From a virus: 64,000 nucleotides of DNA. The position numbers and the translations under genes are program-made. Shown in pieces: positions 1 through 10,847 of this stretch (positions within the stretch are counted from its first letter, which is position 1; every line of letters begins with the position of its first letter). Below the pieces are notes generated by a model, which saw only the letters and a list, made by a program, of their open reading frames with translations, ran no database searches and was not told the origin of the DNA. The stretch lies in IMG/VR virus record IMGVR_UViG_3300032304_002326, positions 14,588 through 78,587 of that record, one strand, 5' to 3'.

Positions 1-4
1 TGTT

Positions 5-367
5 GTGGTTATTGGTGGTAAAAAATCAAAACTAATACTTAATGATTTTTCATTTGTTGCATCTGGAACTAAAATCGTTTGTGGTAGTGAAGATTATACT
101 GGTGTTGGGTTAGTTGGACCGACAATCCCAGAAGAATACAGAGAATTAACATACAGTACCGTTATATTTGAAAAATATGCTGGATGTGGTGTTAATTGCA
201 GTATAATGCCAGGTGTTACATTAGCCGAAGGTTCAATCTTAGGTGCAAATTCACTATTAACTAAAGATACTGAACCGTGGACAATATATGTTGGTTCACC
301 AGCAAAACCAGTTAAAATTAGAGATAAGGAAAAAATAATAGAATATGCTAGTAAACTTAAAAATTAA
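5..367 (+). CDS. Hexapeptide-repeat (left-handed beta-helix) sugar acyltransferase, 5'-truncated by window edge
   Basis: C-terminal 'IMPGVTLAEGSILGANSLLTKD...IYVGSPAKPVK' typical of LbH acetyltransferases. Confidence 0.8.
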   Translation: MVIGGKKSKLILNDFSFVASGTKIVCGSEDYTGVGLVGPTIPEEYRELTYSTVIFEKYAGCGVNCSIMPGVTLAEGSILGANSLLTKDTEPWTIYVGSPAKPVKIRDKEKIIEYASKLKN

Positions 368-373
368 TAAATT

Positions 374-1255
374 ATGATTTATATTACAAATGGTGTAACG
401 CATGATGGTTATGGTTCTAGAATGCAAAGAACTATATCAGTTATGGGTTTAGTTGAATATCTTAAAAATGATTTAAAATTAGAAGTTGAATATATACACA
501 CACCATTATCTTATATTTGGGATGGTGAAGATTATAATAAAGGTTACTTGACTCGAAAAGGGATATCAGAATACCCATATAATGATATTACAATTGATGG
601 GTATTTACATAGATGTAAATTGTGGGATGATAAATTAAATTTTAAAGGTAAAATTATTAATGATTTTTATTTAAAAAATCATGAATTAAAATATGGGTAT
701 AATGAATTAATGTTAGATATTAAAAATAATAATGCTGACAATAAATTATATGTAATAAAAACATTACATAAGGAATATGATACTAGAAAAATAGATATTA
801 ATATTATTAAAAAATATAGAGAAGAAATTGTATCTAAATTTTCATTTAATGATAATGTTAAAGATAATAAAAATGTAAAATCAGTAGCAATACATGTGAG
901 AGCTAAAGACGCTTTAAACCCAAAAAATATTGGACATAGATATTTAGATTATTCTTATTATTCAGATATTATTAATAAATACAAAACCAATGATAAGTAT
1001 GATTTAAAAATATACACACAAAAATTAGGTTTTGAATCTGATAAATACGCTGGGTGTAATATCATATATGATGATATTGAAAATGATTATGATACATTTT
1101 TTAATTTAATATTTTCCGATTATTTAATAGTTGGGAAATCATCATTTAGTTATACCGCAGCCTTATTAAATAATAATACTGTAATATATCATAACAATGG
1201 ACACGTAAAAATGTCACACTGGATAACCAAAGAAGAATTATTAAATTATGAGTGA
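374..1255 (+). CDS. Glycosyltransferase, GT11/fucosyltransferase-like
   Basis: 'VAIHVRAKD' and 'SDYLIVGKSSFSYTAALL' resemble GDP-sugar-binding motifs of GT11. Confidence 0.6.
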   Translation: MIYITNGVTHDGYGSRMQRTISVMGLVEYLKNDLKLEVEYIHTPLSYIWDGEDYNKGYLTRKGISEYPYNDITIDGYLHRCKLWDDKLNFKGKIINDFYLKNHELKYGYNELMLDIKNNNADNKLYVIKTLHKEYDTRKIDINIIKKYREEIVSKFSFNDNVKDNKNVKSVAIHVRAKDALNPKNIGHRYLDYSYYSDIINKYKTNDKYDLKIYTQKLGFESDKYAGCNIIYDDIENDYDTFFNLIFSDYLIVGKSSFSYTAALLNNNTVIYHNNGHVKMSHWITKEELLNYE

Positions 1256-2006
1256 TAAATATAAATACAACAGTTGGCCTTTAGGTAAAGTACCCAAAGA
1301 GTTACAAAGATTAGAATTAGATGAATTAAAAAATAGGGGTTATGAATTCTCAGACCCAAGAGATGTTGTTGATATCTTTGAAGAAAAAGTTGCAAAATTT
1401 TCTGGTAGTAAATATGCAGTTTCGGTAGATTGCTGCTCTCATGGTTTATTTTTATCTTTAAAATATTTAGAGTCAATTGGTGAAACACCTAGTAATACAG
1501 ACTCAATAAAATTTAAATTTGGTGAAATAACAATACCAAGTAGGACTTATGTATCAGCACCAATGCAAATAAATCAAGCTGGGTATAATGTTAAATTTGA
1601 AAACATTGAATGGTCAGGATTATATCAACTAAAACCAACCAGAGTTTGGGATGGTGCAGTTAGATGGACAAAAGATATGTATGTTGGTGATAATGCATTA
1701 CAAGTGGTATCATTTCAAATAAAAAAAAGGGTACCAATTGGTAAAGGTGGTATAATTTTAACTGATGATAAAAAAGCATACGAATGGTTAAAATTAGCTA
1801 GATATGATGGTAGAGATATGTCAGTCCCATACACTGATGATAAACATATTTTAATGATGGGTTATCACATGTACATGACACCAGAAGATGCCGCTAGAGG
1901 TATTATATTAATGGATGAAGTTAATAAACACACTGAGGAACATGAAGATTCTGGAGGTTATTTAAATTATACAGACGCATCTAAATTAAAAGTTTTTAAT
2001 AAGTAA
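1248..2006 (+). CDS. DegT/DnrJ/EryC1/StrS-family PLP sugar aminotransferase (short, 252 aa)
   Basis: 'FEEKVAKFSGSKYAVSVDCCSHGLFLSL', 'VSFQIKK..IGKGGIILTDD'. Confidence 0.8.
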   Translation: MSDKYKYNSWPLGKVPKELQRLELDELKNRGYEFSDPRDVVDIFEEKVAKFSGSKYAVSVDCCSHGLFLSLKYLESIGETPSNTDSIKFKFGEITIPSRTYVSAPMQINQAGYNVKFENIEWSGLYQLKPTRVWDGAVRWTKDMYVGDNALQVVSFQIKKRVPIGKGGIILTDDKKAYEWLKLARYDGRDMSVPYTDDKHILMMGYHMYMTPEDAARGIILMDEVNKHTEEHEDSGGYLNYTDASKLKVFNK

Positions 2007-2055
2007 TTAAACTTTACTTTTAATTAATAATTTTTTAAATTAAATAAAAAAAAAT

Positions 2056-3030
2056 ATGAGTAAAAAAGCATTTATAACAGGTATTGCTGGCCAAGATGGT
2101 AGTTATTTAGCAGAACATTTAGTATCCTTAGGATATGAAGTTCATGGTATAATTAGAAGAAATTCTTTTGTTGAAGGTCAACAAGCTAGATTAAACGAAA
2201 TTAACACTAAAATAAATTTACATTATGGTGATTTATTAGACCAATCATCATTAGAAAGATTATTGTATGACATACAACCAGATGAGATTTATAATTTAGG
2301 TGCACAAAGTCACGTTAGGATTAGTTTTGATATTCCACAGTTTACTGTTCAAACAAATGCTTTGGGTGTATTAAATATACTTGAAGCATATAAACGAGCA
2401 TGCCCTAAAGCTAGATTTTATCAAGCTAGTTCTAGTGAAATGTTTGGTAATAGTGTTGATACTGATGGATTTCAAAGAGAAACAACACCAATGCATCCAG
2501 TTAGCCCATATGGTTGCTCTAAATTATTTGGATATTCTATTGTTAGAAATTATAGAAACGCATATAAACTTCACGCAACAAATGGTATATTATTTAATCA
2601 TGAATCGCCAAGAAGGGGTTCAAACTTTGTAACTAATAAAGTTGTTAAAACGGCTGTTGAAATTAAGTTAGGATTAAATGATAAATTGGTTTTGGGTAAT
2701 ATGGATAGTTATAGAGATTGGGGGCACTCAAAAGATTACGTTAAAGCTATGCATTTAATTATTAACCATGATACACCAAATGATTTTGTTGTATCAACTA
2801 TGCAAACTCATTCAGTAAGGGAAATGGTACAATATGTATTCGATAAATTAGATTTAGATGTTAATCAATATGTAAGTCAAGATTCTAAATTTATAAGACC
2901 TGAAGAATTGAAATATTTAAAAGGTGACTCAACTAAAATTAGAACAATGCTTGGTTGGGAACCAGAGTATACATTTGAAACATTAATGGATGATATGATT
3001 AATGGTTGGTTTAATATTTTAGATAAATAA
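2056..3030 (+). CDS. gmd: GDP-mannose 4,6-dehydratase
   Basis: 'AFITGIAGQDGSYLAE', 'YNLGAQSHV', 'FYQASSSEMFG', 'SPYGCSK', 'LFNHESPRRG', 'RDWGH'. Confidence 0.95.
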   Translation: MSKKAFITGIAGQDGSYLAEHLVSLGYEVHGIIRRNSFVEGQQARLNEINTKINLHYGDLLDQSSLERLLYDIQPDEIYNLGAQSHVRISFDIPQFTVQTNALGVLNILEAYKRACPKARFYQASSSEMFGNSVDTDGFQRETTPMHPVSPYGCSKLFGYSIVRNYRNAYKLHATNGILFNHESPRRGSNFVTNKVVKTAVEIKLGLNDKLVLGNMDSYRDWGHSKDYVKAMHLIINHDTPNDFVVSTMQTHSVREMVQYVFDKLDLDVNQYVSQDSKFIRPEELKYLKGDSTKIRTMLGWEPEYTFETLMDDMINGWFNILDK

Positions 3031-3074
3031 GTTATGGTTGAGTTTAAACACATTTGACATCCAAAAAAATAAAT

Positions 3075-3872
3075 ATGGAAAAAATATTATTAGCTGGACC
3101 TTGGGTTGGTGAATTTGGGTGGGAATTATTTTGTTGGCAAGGATACCTTAGAAAATTATCAAAAAATTATGATAAAACAATTGTTATTGGTAGACCTAAT
3201 CAAAAACTACTTTATGAAGATTTTTGTCATGAATATATAGATTTTGATTCAAAAGGTTATAAAACTGATTCATGGATGTGCCATGATTGTGTAATTAACC
3301 AAGATTTAATTGGTAAAATACAACACACTGATTACTTAGATGGTAATTTTGATATAGGGTTTAGGTATGGTCAAAATGGTGCATTTGATATAAAGGGTTT
3401 ATTTAATAAACAAGAATTTAAAAAATATGAATCAAACACACTAGATAAATCATATGATATAATATTTCACTGTAGAAATAAGTCAACAGGTTCAGATAGA
3501 AATTGGGACAAAAAACAATGGGTTGAGTTATTTGAGTTATTAAGTGGTAATTTTAAAATAGCATGTATTGGTAACAATGAAGCTTTTCATATTGAGGGTG
3601 CTGATGATTTAAGAAACATATCATTATCTGATTTGGTTTCAGTTATGAATAAATCTAAATTAATTATTGGTCCAAGTAGTGGTCCAATGCACTTAGCTAG
3701 TTTATCTGGATTAAAACATTTGGTTTGGAGTAGTGAACATAATAAATCTAGATATTTAAATATATGGAACCCATTTAAGACTGAAGTTATTTTTTATTCA
3801 AAAGAAGGGTGGAATCCAAATCCTAATAATATTTATAATATAATATCAAAAGAATTACAATATGTTAAATAA
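3075..3872 (+). CDS. Glycosyltransferase, GT9 (heptosyltransferase)-like
   Basis: 'LSDLVSVMNKSKLIIGPSSGPMHLA' matches the GT9 C-terminal motif; ATG 3075 preferred over TTG 3054. Confidence 0.65.
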   Translation: MEKILLAGPWVGEFGWELFCWQGYLRKLSKNYDKTIVIGRPNQKLLYEDFCHEYIDFDSKGYKTDSWMCHDCVINQDLIGKIQHTDYLDGNFDIGFRYGQNGAFDIKGLFNKQEFKKYESNTLDKSYDIIFHCRNKSTGSDRNWDKKQWVELFELLSGNFKIACIGNNEAFHIEGADDLRNISLSDLVSVMNKSKLIIGPSSGPMHLASLSGLKHLVWSSEHNKSRYLNIWNPFKTEVIFYSKEGWNPNPNNIYNIISKELQYVK

Positions 3873-4446
3873 AAATATAAAATCATATGTTATTAACCTA
3901 GACAAAAGGACCGATAGAATATCTGAATTGAAATTACCATTAGAATGGGAAAGATTTTCAGCAACTGATGGTCAAAAATATGTTGATAATATACCAAAAG
4001 AGAGAGGTTGGCGGGGTTGTTATGATTCACATGTTAGATTGATTGAAAAAACAATAAATGATGATGCTGATTTATTTATTATTTTTGAAGATGACGTTGA
4101 AGTTACTGATAATTTTATGAATAAATTAGAAACCATTATAAATAACGTACCAGAAAATTGGGAATTACTATTTTTAGGTGGATGGAATGTTGGTGAAAAA
4201 ATAAAAATTAATGATTATGTTGATTTAGCAGAAAAGGTATATTGTATGCATGCATATATGTTTAAACCTGAAACTGCTAAAAAATTATTAAACAAATTTA
4301 AAAATAGAGTATATAAAATTGATGTACTGTTATGTGAATTATTACCAGAGATAAATGCCTACATATGTAATCCAACACTTGCTTGGCAAAGACCTGGCTT
4401 TTCTAATATAGAATATAAAGAAACGGATAATATACACTTAAAATAA
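3862..4446 (+). CDS. Glycosyltransferase family 25
   Basis: 'YVINLDKRTDR', 'RFSATDG', 'GCYDSH', 'IFEDDV'. Confidence 0.85.
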   Translation: MLNKNIKSYVINLDKRTDRISELKLPLEWERFSATDGQKYVDNIPKERGWRGCYDSHVRLIEKTINDDADLFIIFEDDVEVTDNFMNKLETIINNVPENWELLFLGGWNVGEKIKINDYVDLAEKVYCMHAYMFKPETAKKLLNKFKNRVYKIDVLLCELLPEINAYICNPTLAWQRPGFSNIEYKETDNIHLK

Positions 4447-4487
4447 TGTGTAAAAATATTTGTGGTTAATAATTATAATTTTAAAAT

Positions 4488-6197
4488 ATGGAATTAATAA
4501 TATGTGGTGTTGCCACAATAAAAGGTAGGGAAGAAGCATTTAAAGATACAGTGCTATCAATAATTAATCAAGTTGATAAATTAATTGTATATCAAAATGG
4601 TTACAAAGAAATTTTTGATTTTTTAAATAATGAAAAAATAGAAGTTTATAGTTCAGTAGACACTGGTGTTGATATGGGTGATGCTGGTAAATTTTACAAA
4701 TTATCTGATTACGCCAATAATTATTATTTATCGATTGATGATGATTTGATTTACCCAACTGATTATGTTTCAAATATTATTGATAATCTTAAAAATTATA
4801 ATAATTCTGTCATTATTACACATCATGGTAGAATATTAAATACAAATGCGGTATCATATTATAAAGATTCAAAACTAAAGTTTAGATGCTTAGATAATGT
4901 TGATGGTTATCAAGCCATTCATTTTCCTGGTACAGGTGTAATGGGTTTTCACACTAGTAAAGTAAGAATAACATTTGATTATTTTAAAATAGCAAATATG
5001 TGTGACATATGGGTTGGATTATACGCTAGAGAAAACAATATACCAATCATAGTTGCACCACATAAAACTGGATGGATAAAACATAGTGATAAATTTAATT
5101 TAAATAACACTATTTATAGTACTAGTATAAATAATGATGGTATTCAAAATAAATTAATTATTGATTTTAACAAATCACTAATTATAGAACCAACAGTTAA
5201 TTCATCAATTATAGAACCAACAGTTAATATTAATAATAATGAAATATGTTTATTAATTCCATCATATAATAGATACGATAAATTAGTAGAAACTTTAACA
5301 AACATAAATGAATATGATGAGTTAAATGTAATAGTATATAATGATGGCTCTAATGATGATAGATATTATAATATTGAGAGTAATTTTAAAAATGTTAAAG
5401 TATATCATAATAGTAAAAATAATGGTAAAATTGGTTATAATGATACTGTTAAATTTTTATTAAATAAAGCTATAGAATCTAAATTTAATTGGTTTATATA
5501 TTACGCTGATGATATGTTATTATGTAAAAATTTTACAACCCATGTAAAAAAATTATTTAATGATAAACAAATTGTAAATATATTTTCATTATCATCAGGT
5601 GGGTGGGGTGTTAATGGATATATCGATGGATTTTTCACCACATCAAAAAATGGTATTAAAACTATGTATAATTTAATACCAAATAAATTAAAAGATGTTG
5701 AAAATAAATCAACAGGTGTTTGGTCTAGCGTTACTAAAAAATTTAGTGCAATACATGATGAATTAGGAGGTATTAAACTATGTTGTTTAAACTATACATT
5801 ATGTCAACATTATGGAAATGATGATTCTAAATTACACCCCAAACATAGGTTAATACAACCAATAATTGCTCACAATTTTTACGATGATTTTTATGGTCAA
5901 GAAATAAAAATTATCAGTACATCTGGTACAGTAGACCAATCAAGTGGTAACATTAAAAAAAAAAGCTCAGAAGGCACATCAAGTGGTAATAAAGTTGTTA
6001 AGGAAGAACCAAAGATTCAAGAAACACCAAAACCAACCAAACCAGTTATTAATACACCAATAGCTACTGAAAAACCAAAAATAAAGAAACAAGAAATACC
6101 TGAAAAAATGCAAAAACCAAAAACAATAAATAAAACACATGGTGACTTGTTTATGGGTAAAGCTATGAAGAAAAAATTAAGATTTGGTAAAAAGTAA
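4488..6197 (+). CDS. Tandem GT-A/GT2-like glycosyltransferase with basic low-complexity C-terminal tail
   Basis: Domain 1 'YLSIDDDLIYP'; domain 2 'LLIPSYNR...VYNDGS...YADDM'; linker repeat IIEPTVN x2; K/P/E-rich tail. Confidence 0.7.
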   Translation: MELIICGVATIKGREEAFKDTVLSIINQVDKLIVYQNGYKEIFDFLNNEKIEVYSSVDTGVDMGDAGKFYKLSDYANNYYLSIDDDLIYPTDYVSNIIDNLKNYNNSVIITHHGRILNTNAVSYYKDSKLKFRCLDNVDGYQAIHFPGTGVMGFHTSKVRITFDYFKIANMCDIWVGLYARENNIPIIVAPHKTGWIKHSDKFNLNNTIYSTSINNDGIQNKLIIDFNKSLIIEPTVNSSIIEPTVNINNNEICLLIPSYNRYDKLVETLTNINEYDELNVIVYNDGSNDDRYYNIESNFKNVKVYHNSKNNGKIGYNDTVKFLLNKAIESKFNWFIYYADDMLLCKNFTTHVKKLFNDKQIVNIFSLSSGGWGVNGYIDGFFTTSKNGIKTMYNLIPNKLKDVENKSTGVWSSVTKKFSAIHDELGGIKLCCLNYTLCQHYGNDDSKLHPKHRLIQPIIAHNFYDDFYGQEIKIISTSGTVDQSSGNIKKKSSEGTSSGNKVVKEEPKIQETPKPTKPVINTPIATEKPKIKKQEIPEKMQKPKTINKTHGDLFMGKAMKKKLRFGKK

Positions 6198-6243
6198 ATT
6201 TACAAAATATAAAAGTTAAGTATATTATATTAAAAAATAATAA

Positions 6244-6294
6244 ATGGGTAACTGGATTAAAAAACAAATGGTGAAATTACTTAAAAAGTTATAA
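6244..6294 (+). pseudogene. Orphaned original 5' end (MGNWIKKQM...) of gene 7082..8092
   Basis: 18 nt TGGATTAAAAAACAAATG identical at 6253-6270 and 7088-7105, on either side of the endonuclease gene. Confidence 0.8.
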
Positions 6295-6327
6295 CATTAT
6301 TATATATTTATAATAAAAAATAATAGT

Positions 6328-7095
6328 ATGATTGATAGTAAAGAAACTGGTGTTTATAAAATAACTAATTTAAATAATAATAAAGTTTATATTGGTAGTT
6401 CTACTTCTGAGCGAGATGGGTTTAAAGATAGAATAAATACCCACATTAGATTGTTAAATAATAAAAAACACCCAAATAAACATTTACAAAGTTCTTGGGA
6501 TAAATATAGTTATAAATCTTTTAAATTTGAAATTTTAGAAATAATTAAAGGTAAAGATAAAATAATTGAAAGAGAACAATATTATATTGACTTATATGGG
6601 GTGATTAACCCAAATATTGGTTATAATAAAGCACCAATAGCAAATAGTCAGTTAGGTTTTAAACATTCAGAAGAAAGTAAACGTAAAATGTCTAAAGCTG
6701 CTAAAAGTAGGTCTAAAGAAATTTCAGAAAGAATGAAAAAAATAATGACTGGTAAAAAAATGAGTGATGAAACAAAGGAAAAAATATCAAAAAAAATAAA
6801 AGGAATTAAAAGAAATTATGAGTTTAAAAATAAAATGAGTATTATTGCTAAAAATAGGGTAGTTAGTGATGATACTAAAAATAAAATCAGTAAAACAAAA
6901 ACGGGTAAAATATCTAAAAAAAGGAAAAAAGTTATACAATTAGATTTGTATGGTAATTTAATTAAAATATGGTCTTTTGCTGGTGAAGCTGAAAGTGAAT
7001 TAAATATAACTAGAGGTAAAATAAGTGCAGTTTGTTTAAATAATAGAAAAACAGCTGGTGGATTTAAATGGAAATATAAAAATGAAATGGATTAA
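6328..7095 (+). mobile_element. Free-standing GIY-YIG homing endonuclease with NUMOD3/NUMOD1 DNA-binding repeats
   Basis: 'GVYKITNLNNNKVYIGSS', 'REQYYID', 'HSEESKRKMS' repeats, 'KTAGGFKWKY'. Confidence 0.9.
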
Positions 7096-8092
7096 AAAAC
7101 AAATGTTAAATCTAACATTAGCTATAAGTAATGTTGAAAAAAATGCATTAAATCAGGAAGGTATAGATGGCGGTATTGAAACTGGGAAATACCAGAGATT
7201 GAACCAAAATTCATTGATGGATGCCCTACTTAGGGGGGAGATGAATGATGAGGTTGAAAAATTGCGTTGGAGAATATACAAAACTTCATCAGCTATTAAA
7301 AATTATGGAACCAAAGTGGTTGGTTATACAATTGACGGGCACCCAATAACTAAAATTACTTATGTTGGTGATGAAGAAAGGTTAGCTAAAATTAAAAAAG
7401 AACCTTCTGATGAATACGAATTAATAATGGTGGTTGATAATACCAACGTTAGTGCTAGTGTTTTCTCATCATTAAATTTAGATATTGATGAATACGATGA
7501 ACCTATCGACTCAAAAACAACAAACATAATTAATAAGGATGATGCACCAAAAGGTTTCACTATAGATGTAGATGATGAGATTAATAATGGTAGTAATATT
7601 GAGTTAGGTGATGATGAAATAAAAACTATTGGGGAAGTTAAAGATAATAAAGTTGAATTAAATCTACCAATAAGTATAACTAGGGAACACAGGCCAAAAT
7701 TTGAATTAGAAAATTACACCAAAAAACTACATGTTAAGGAAATAAATGATAAAGAATTTTTATTAGAGTTTTTCATTTCAAAATACCCAAATCAGTTTGA
7801 TAAAAAAAGTGATTTTTTCTTATCGGATATTAAAAAATTGATATCACAACCAAAAAGATATAACTCAATTATCGATATAAATACAGTATCATTCGTTACC
7901 AATAATACAGTTGGTGTTCCAGACTTTTTAGAATTTGAATACAATGTTAAAAAATTTGACAAAATTGTTGAGTTCAATGAATTTTACGTTGTTAAATTTA
8001 TTTCAGAAGTAACTATTGAAGCTAAAAGTATTATTGATAAGTTCAGAAATGAAGAACTTGACGAAAAATATAAAAACAAAGAAAAAAGATAA
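7082..8092 (+). CDS. Hypothetical phage protein (start MKWIKKQM supplied by the inserted element)
   Basis: Long ORF; ATG 7082 overlaps the endonuclease 3' end. Confidence 0.7.
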   Translation: MKWIKKQMLNLTLAISNVEKNALNQEGIDGGIETGKYQRLNQNSLMDALLRGEMNDEVEKLRWRIYKTSSAIKNYGTKVVGYTIDGHPITKITYVGDEERLAKIKKEPSDEYELIMVVDNTNVSASVFSSLNLDIDEYDEPIDSKTTNIINKDDAPKGFTIDVDDEINNGSNIELGDDEIKTIGEVKDNKVELNLPISITREHRPKFELENYTKKLHVKEINDKEFLLEFFISKYPNQFDKKSDFFLSDIKKLISQPKRYNSIIDINTVSFVTNNTVGVPDFLEFEYNVKKFDKIVEFNEFYVVKFISEVTIEAKSIIDKFRNEELDEKYKNKEKR

Positions 8093-8097
8093 AATAT

Positions 8098-8937
8098 ATG
8101 GGGAGGCCGAGAAAAGTAACTGGTGAAACTTCAGTGCCACAAACTAGAAGTGTAAAACAACCACTAACTAAAGAGCAGTTGTTGCAAAATATTAGATTAT
8201 CAATTAAGTGTAAAAATGAGACTCAAAAAAAATTAATACACACAATAAAAAATAATGATGTTACAATATGTACTGGTCCAGCTGGTACTGGTAAAACGTT
8301 TTTATCTTGTTATGAATCTATTAATCAACTTAAAAATAATAATTTAATTAATAAAATCGTGATAGTTAAATCAGTTACAACATTAAAAAATGAAGAAATA
8401 GGATTTTTAAAAGGTTCATTAGAAGAAAAAATGGAACCATTTGTATATTCATTTATTAAAAATTTTGAAAAAATAATTGGATTAGACTTAACTAATAAAT
8501 TAAAGGATGAAAATATTATTGAAGTGTTACCAATTGCATACATGAGAGGTATAAATATTGATAATGCTGTGGTTATAATAGACGAAGTTCAAAACATATC
8601 AATAGATAATATTAGAACTATATTAACTAGGTTAGGAGAAAATAGTAAAATGATATTATTAGGTGATATTAACCAAATAGATATGAAATATAAAAAAGAC
8701 AGTGCTCTAGAATTTTTAATTAATAATTTTAAAAACACTTCAAATATTGGACTTATTGAATTCAATAATAGTGAAATTATAAGACACCCATTAATTATAA
8801 AAATAGAAGAAATATTTAATAATTACGATAAATCAAATACTCAAAATAAAGTTAAAGTTATCAATAATAAACCAGTTATAATTAGAAAAAAAATTAGCTT
8901 ATTAAAGTTATTATTTAATAAAATATTCGGTAGATAA
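8098..8937 (+). CDS. phoH: PhoH-family ATPase
   Basis: 'GPAGTGKT', 'EIGFLKGSLEEKMEP', 'AYMRG', 'IIDEVQN', 'LTRLGENSK..LGD..QID', 'IRHPL'. Confidence 0.92.
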   Translation: MGRPRKVTGETSVPQTRSVKQPLTKEQLLQNIRLSIKCKNETQKKLIHTIKNNDVTICTGPAGTGKTFLSCYESINQLKNNNLINKIVIVKSVTTLKNEEIGFLKGSLEEKMEPFVYSFIKNFEKIIGLDLTNKLKDENIIEVLPIAYMRGINIDNAVVIIDEVQNISIDNIRTILTRLGENSKMILLGDINQIDMKYKKDSALEFLINNFKNTSNIGLIEFNNSEIIRHPLIIKIEEIFNNYDKSNTQNKVKVINNKPVIIRKKISLLKLLFNKIFGR

Positions 8938-9744
8938 ATTTAATAAACCTAATCTATATAATTTTTGATAGGTAGGGTTATCATTTTCCCTAAATTCTTT
9001 TTTATTTTTATATTTTGATGCTATTTTATATAAGTCTTCAATAGAAATTATATTAGAATATATATCACCAATAATGATATTATTAATATCATCCTTATTT
9101 ATTTGTTTTTTTAAAAATTTATTTATAACTGGTAAATTATTAATAATTTGTTCTTTTATATCCAACTCATATTTACGACTATGTTCATTAATAATAATTA
9201 GCAATATATTTTTTTTAAAACATAAATCACACTTAAATGAATTATCATTATGTTGGTGCCAACCCTTACCATTATATTCAAAAGCTATTTTTAAGTCATC
9301 AACATAAATATCTAACTCATATGGTTTAATTATTTTCCTTGTATTGTATAAAACATCAGATTTAAATAATTTAACAATTATATCTTTTAAAATTAATTGT
9401 GGTATACTAAATGATTTTGAAATCATATGTGAACATATGTCATTCAATATACCTTTTCTTTGTGCTGAAGAATAAGCTGAAGCATCATATTTTTTAAATT
9501 CAGACCTAGAGTTATATTTTTTAGCAATTTCTGCTAAATTATCATAAGATAAATCACGACCAACTAATTTATTTCGCTTACCAATTAAATATGATTTAAA
9601 CTCCTTACTTTTTTTCAAACCTAATCTATTAGCTTTTGATTCAAGTGATTTTTTAGATACATTTAAAATGTTACTTATTTCTAAATTTTCAGTATTTGGG
9701 TATAATTTAATAAGTTCATTAGTTAATTTTATAGACCAACTCAT
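8911..9744 (-). CDS. Putative free-standing PD-(D/E)xK/Vsr-like endonuclease
   Basis: 'YELDIYVDDLKIAFEYNGKGWH' nuclease motif; 'AKKYNSRSEF'/'ASKYKNKKEF' repeats; antisense to neighbours with own ATATTTAT. Confidence 0.65.
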   Translation of the reverse strand: MSWSIKLTNELIKLYPNTENLEISNILNVSKKSLESKANRLGLKKSKEFKSYLIGKRNKLVGRDLSYDNLAEIAKKYNSRSEFKKYDASAYSSAQRKGILNDICSHMISKSFSIPQLILKDIIVKLFKSDVLYNTRKIIKPYELDIYVDDLKIAFEYNGKGWHQHNDNSFKCDLCFKKNILLIIINEHSRKYELDIKEQIINNLPVINKFLKKQINKDDINNIIIGDIYSNIISIEDLYKIASKYKNKKEFRENDNPTYQKLYRLGLLNLSTEYFIK

Positions 9745-9850
9745 ATATTCTTTAAATATAAATATCCAATATACTCAAAAAAGGTAAAAATATTTTTATT
9801 TAAACTTTATTTATTTATTTATTTTATTATCATTAAATAAAAATAAATAG

Positions 9851-10462
9851 ATGGCACGCATAGGTATTAGTATTAACGAAGTTTTAAGGGATACGTTATC
9901 CCAAATGGATTATACTTACAGTAAGTATATATCAGGTGAGGAATCTAAAATTACAAAAGATGAAATTACATCATTTAATTTAGAAGACCATTTTACGTTC
10001 CAATCGAAAAAAGATTTAAACAGATTCTTATATGATGAGGCTAGTTTAGAAATCTTTGGACATGCGGACCAAATGATTGAAAATTTAATGACTAAATTTA
10101 ATATGTTCTTAGTCGACATTGAGGAAGAAGAAGAGCATACAATCGAATTAGTTAGTAGAGAATACTTAAAAAGTATTCCATCAACATTATTCTTCCTATC
10201 AAAATTAGGTTGTAGAGCAGCAAATATTAGATTTGTTAAACAATATGATGAAGAATGGGGTGATGTTGATGTATTAATTACAGCAAACCCAATATCACTA
10301 AAAAACAAACCAAGCGATAAGATTTCGGTAAAAATAAATGCACCTTACAACAGTGATTGTCAAGGTGATTTTGAATTGGATTCAATTTTAGATTTTATCG
10401 AAGATGAAGCTTTAAGAACTAAAATTTTAAACACAAAAATAACAACACAAGAACAATTATAA
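9851..10462 (+). CDS. HAD-fold 5'(3')-nucleotidase-like protein, degenerate motif I
   Basis: 'RIGISINEVLRD' in place of DxD motif; 'DVLIT', 'INAPYN'. Confidence 0.45.
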   Translation: MARIGISINEVLRDTLSQMDYTYSKYISGEESKITKDEITSFNLEDHFTFQSKKDLNRFLYDEASLEIFGHADQMIENLMTKFNMFLVDIEEEEEHTIELVSREYLKSIPSTLFFLSKLGCRAANIRFVKQYDEEWGDVDVLITANPISLKNKPSDKISVKINAPYNSDCQGDFELDSILDFIEDEALRTKILNTKITTQEQL

Positions 10463-10463
10463 A

Positions 10464-10826
10464 ATGGAAGATATTATATTAGAATTTGGTGGCGTAGCTT
10501 ATTATTTAGATTTTGATGGGATACAAAATATATTAAAATCCGATGAGGATTTAGAATCTGGTGAAGTAATTGAAACTGACACCAAAACAACCAATATTAA
10601 TGGTGGGGTTGAAAAAGTTGAAATAACCACAAGACAATACCATAAAGGTAGAGAAATCGATATATCAAAATATGAAACATATAGAACTTTACTTGAAATA
10701 TTACTAACACTACAAGATGATGGTGATGATTCATTAGGTACTGAAAGAGCACTTAGTAGCGCACCATTACCATTTAAAATAGCATTTAATACTTTAGTAA
10801 AATACGGTGTACTAAAGGAATTATAA
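10464..10826 (+). CDS. Hypothetical protein
   Basis: ORF in operon. Confidence 0.7.
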   Translation: MEDIILEFGGVAYYLDFDGIQNILKSDEDLESGEVIETDTKTTNINGGVEKVEITTRQYHKGREIDISKYETYRTLLEILLTLQDDGDDSLGTERALSSAPLPFKIAFNTLVKYGVLKEL

Positions 10827-10847
10827 TAACAAATAAAAAAAACAGAT

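Noticed and set aside
8098-9850. Possible orphaned phoH 3' end beyond the antisense endonuclease
   Set aside because: No convincing duplicated peptide or nucleotide match found in 9745-9850, so it is not counted among the terminus-replacement cases.
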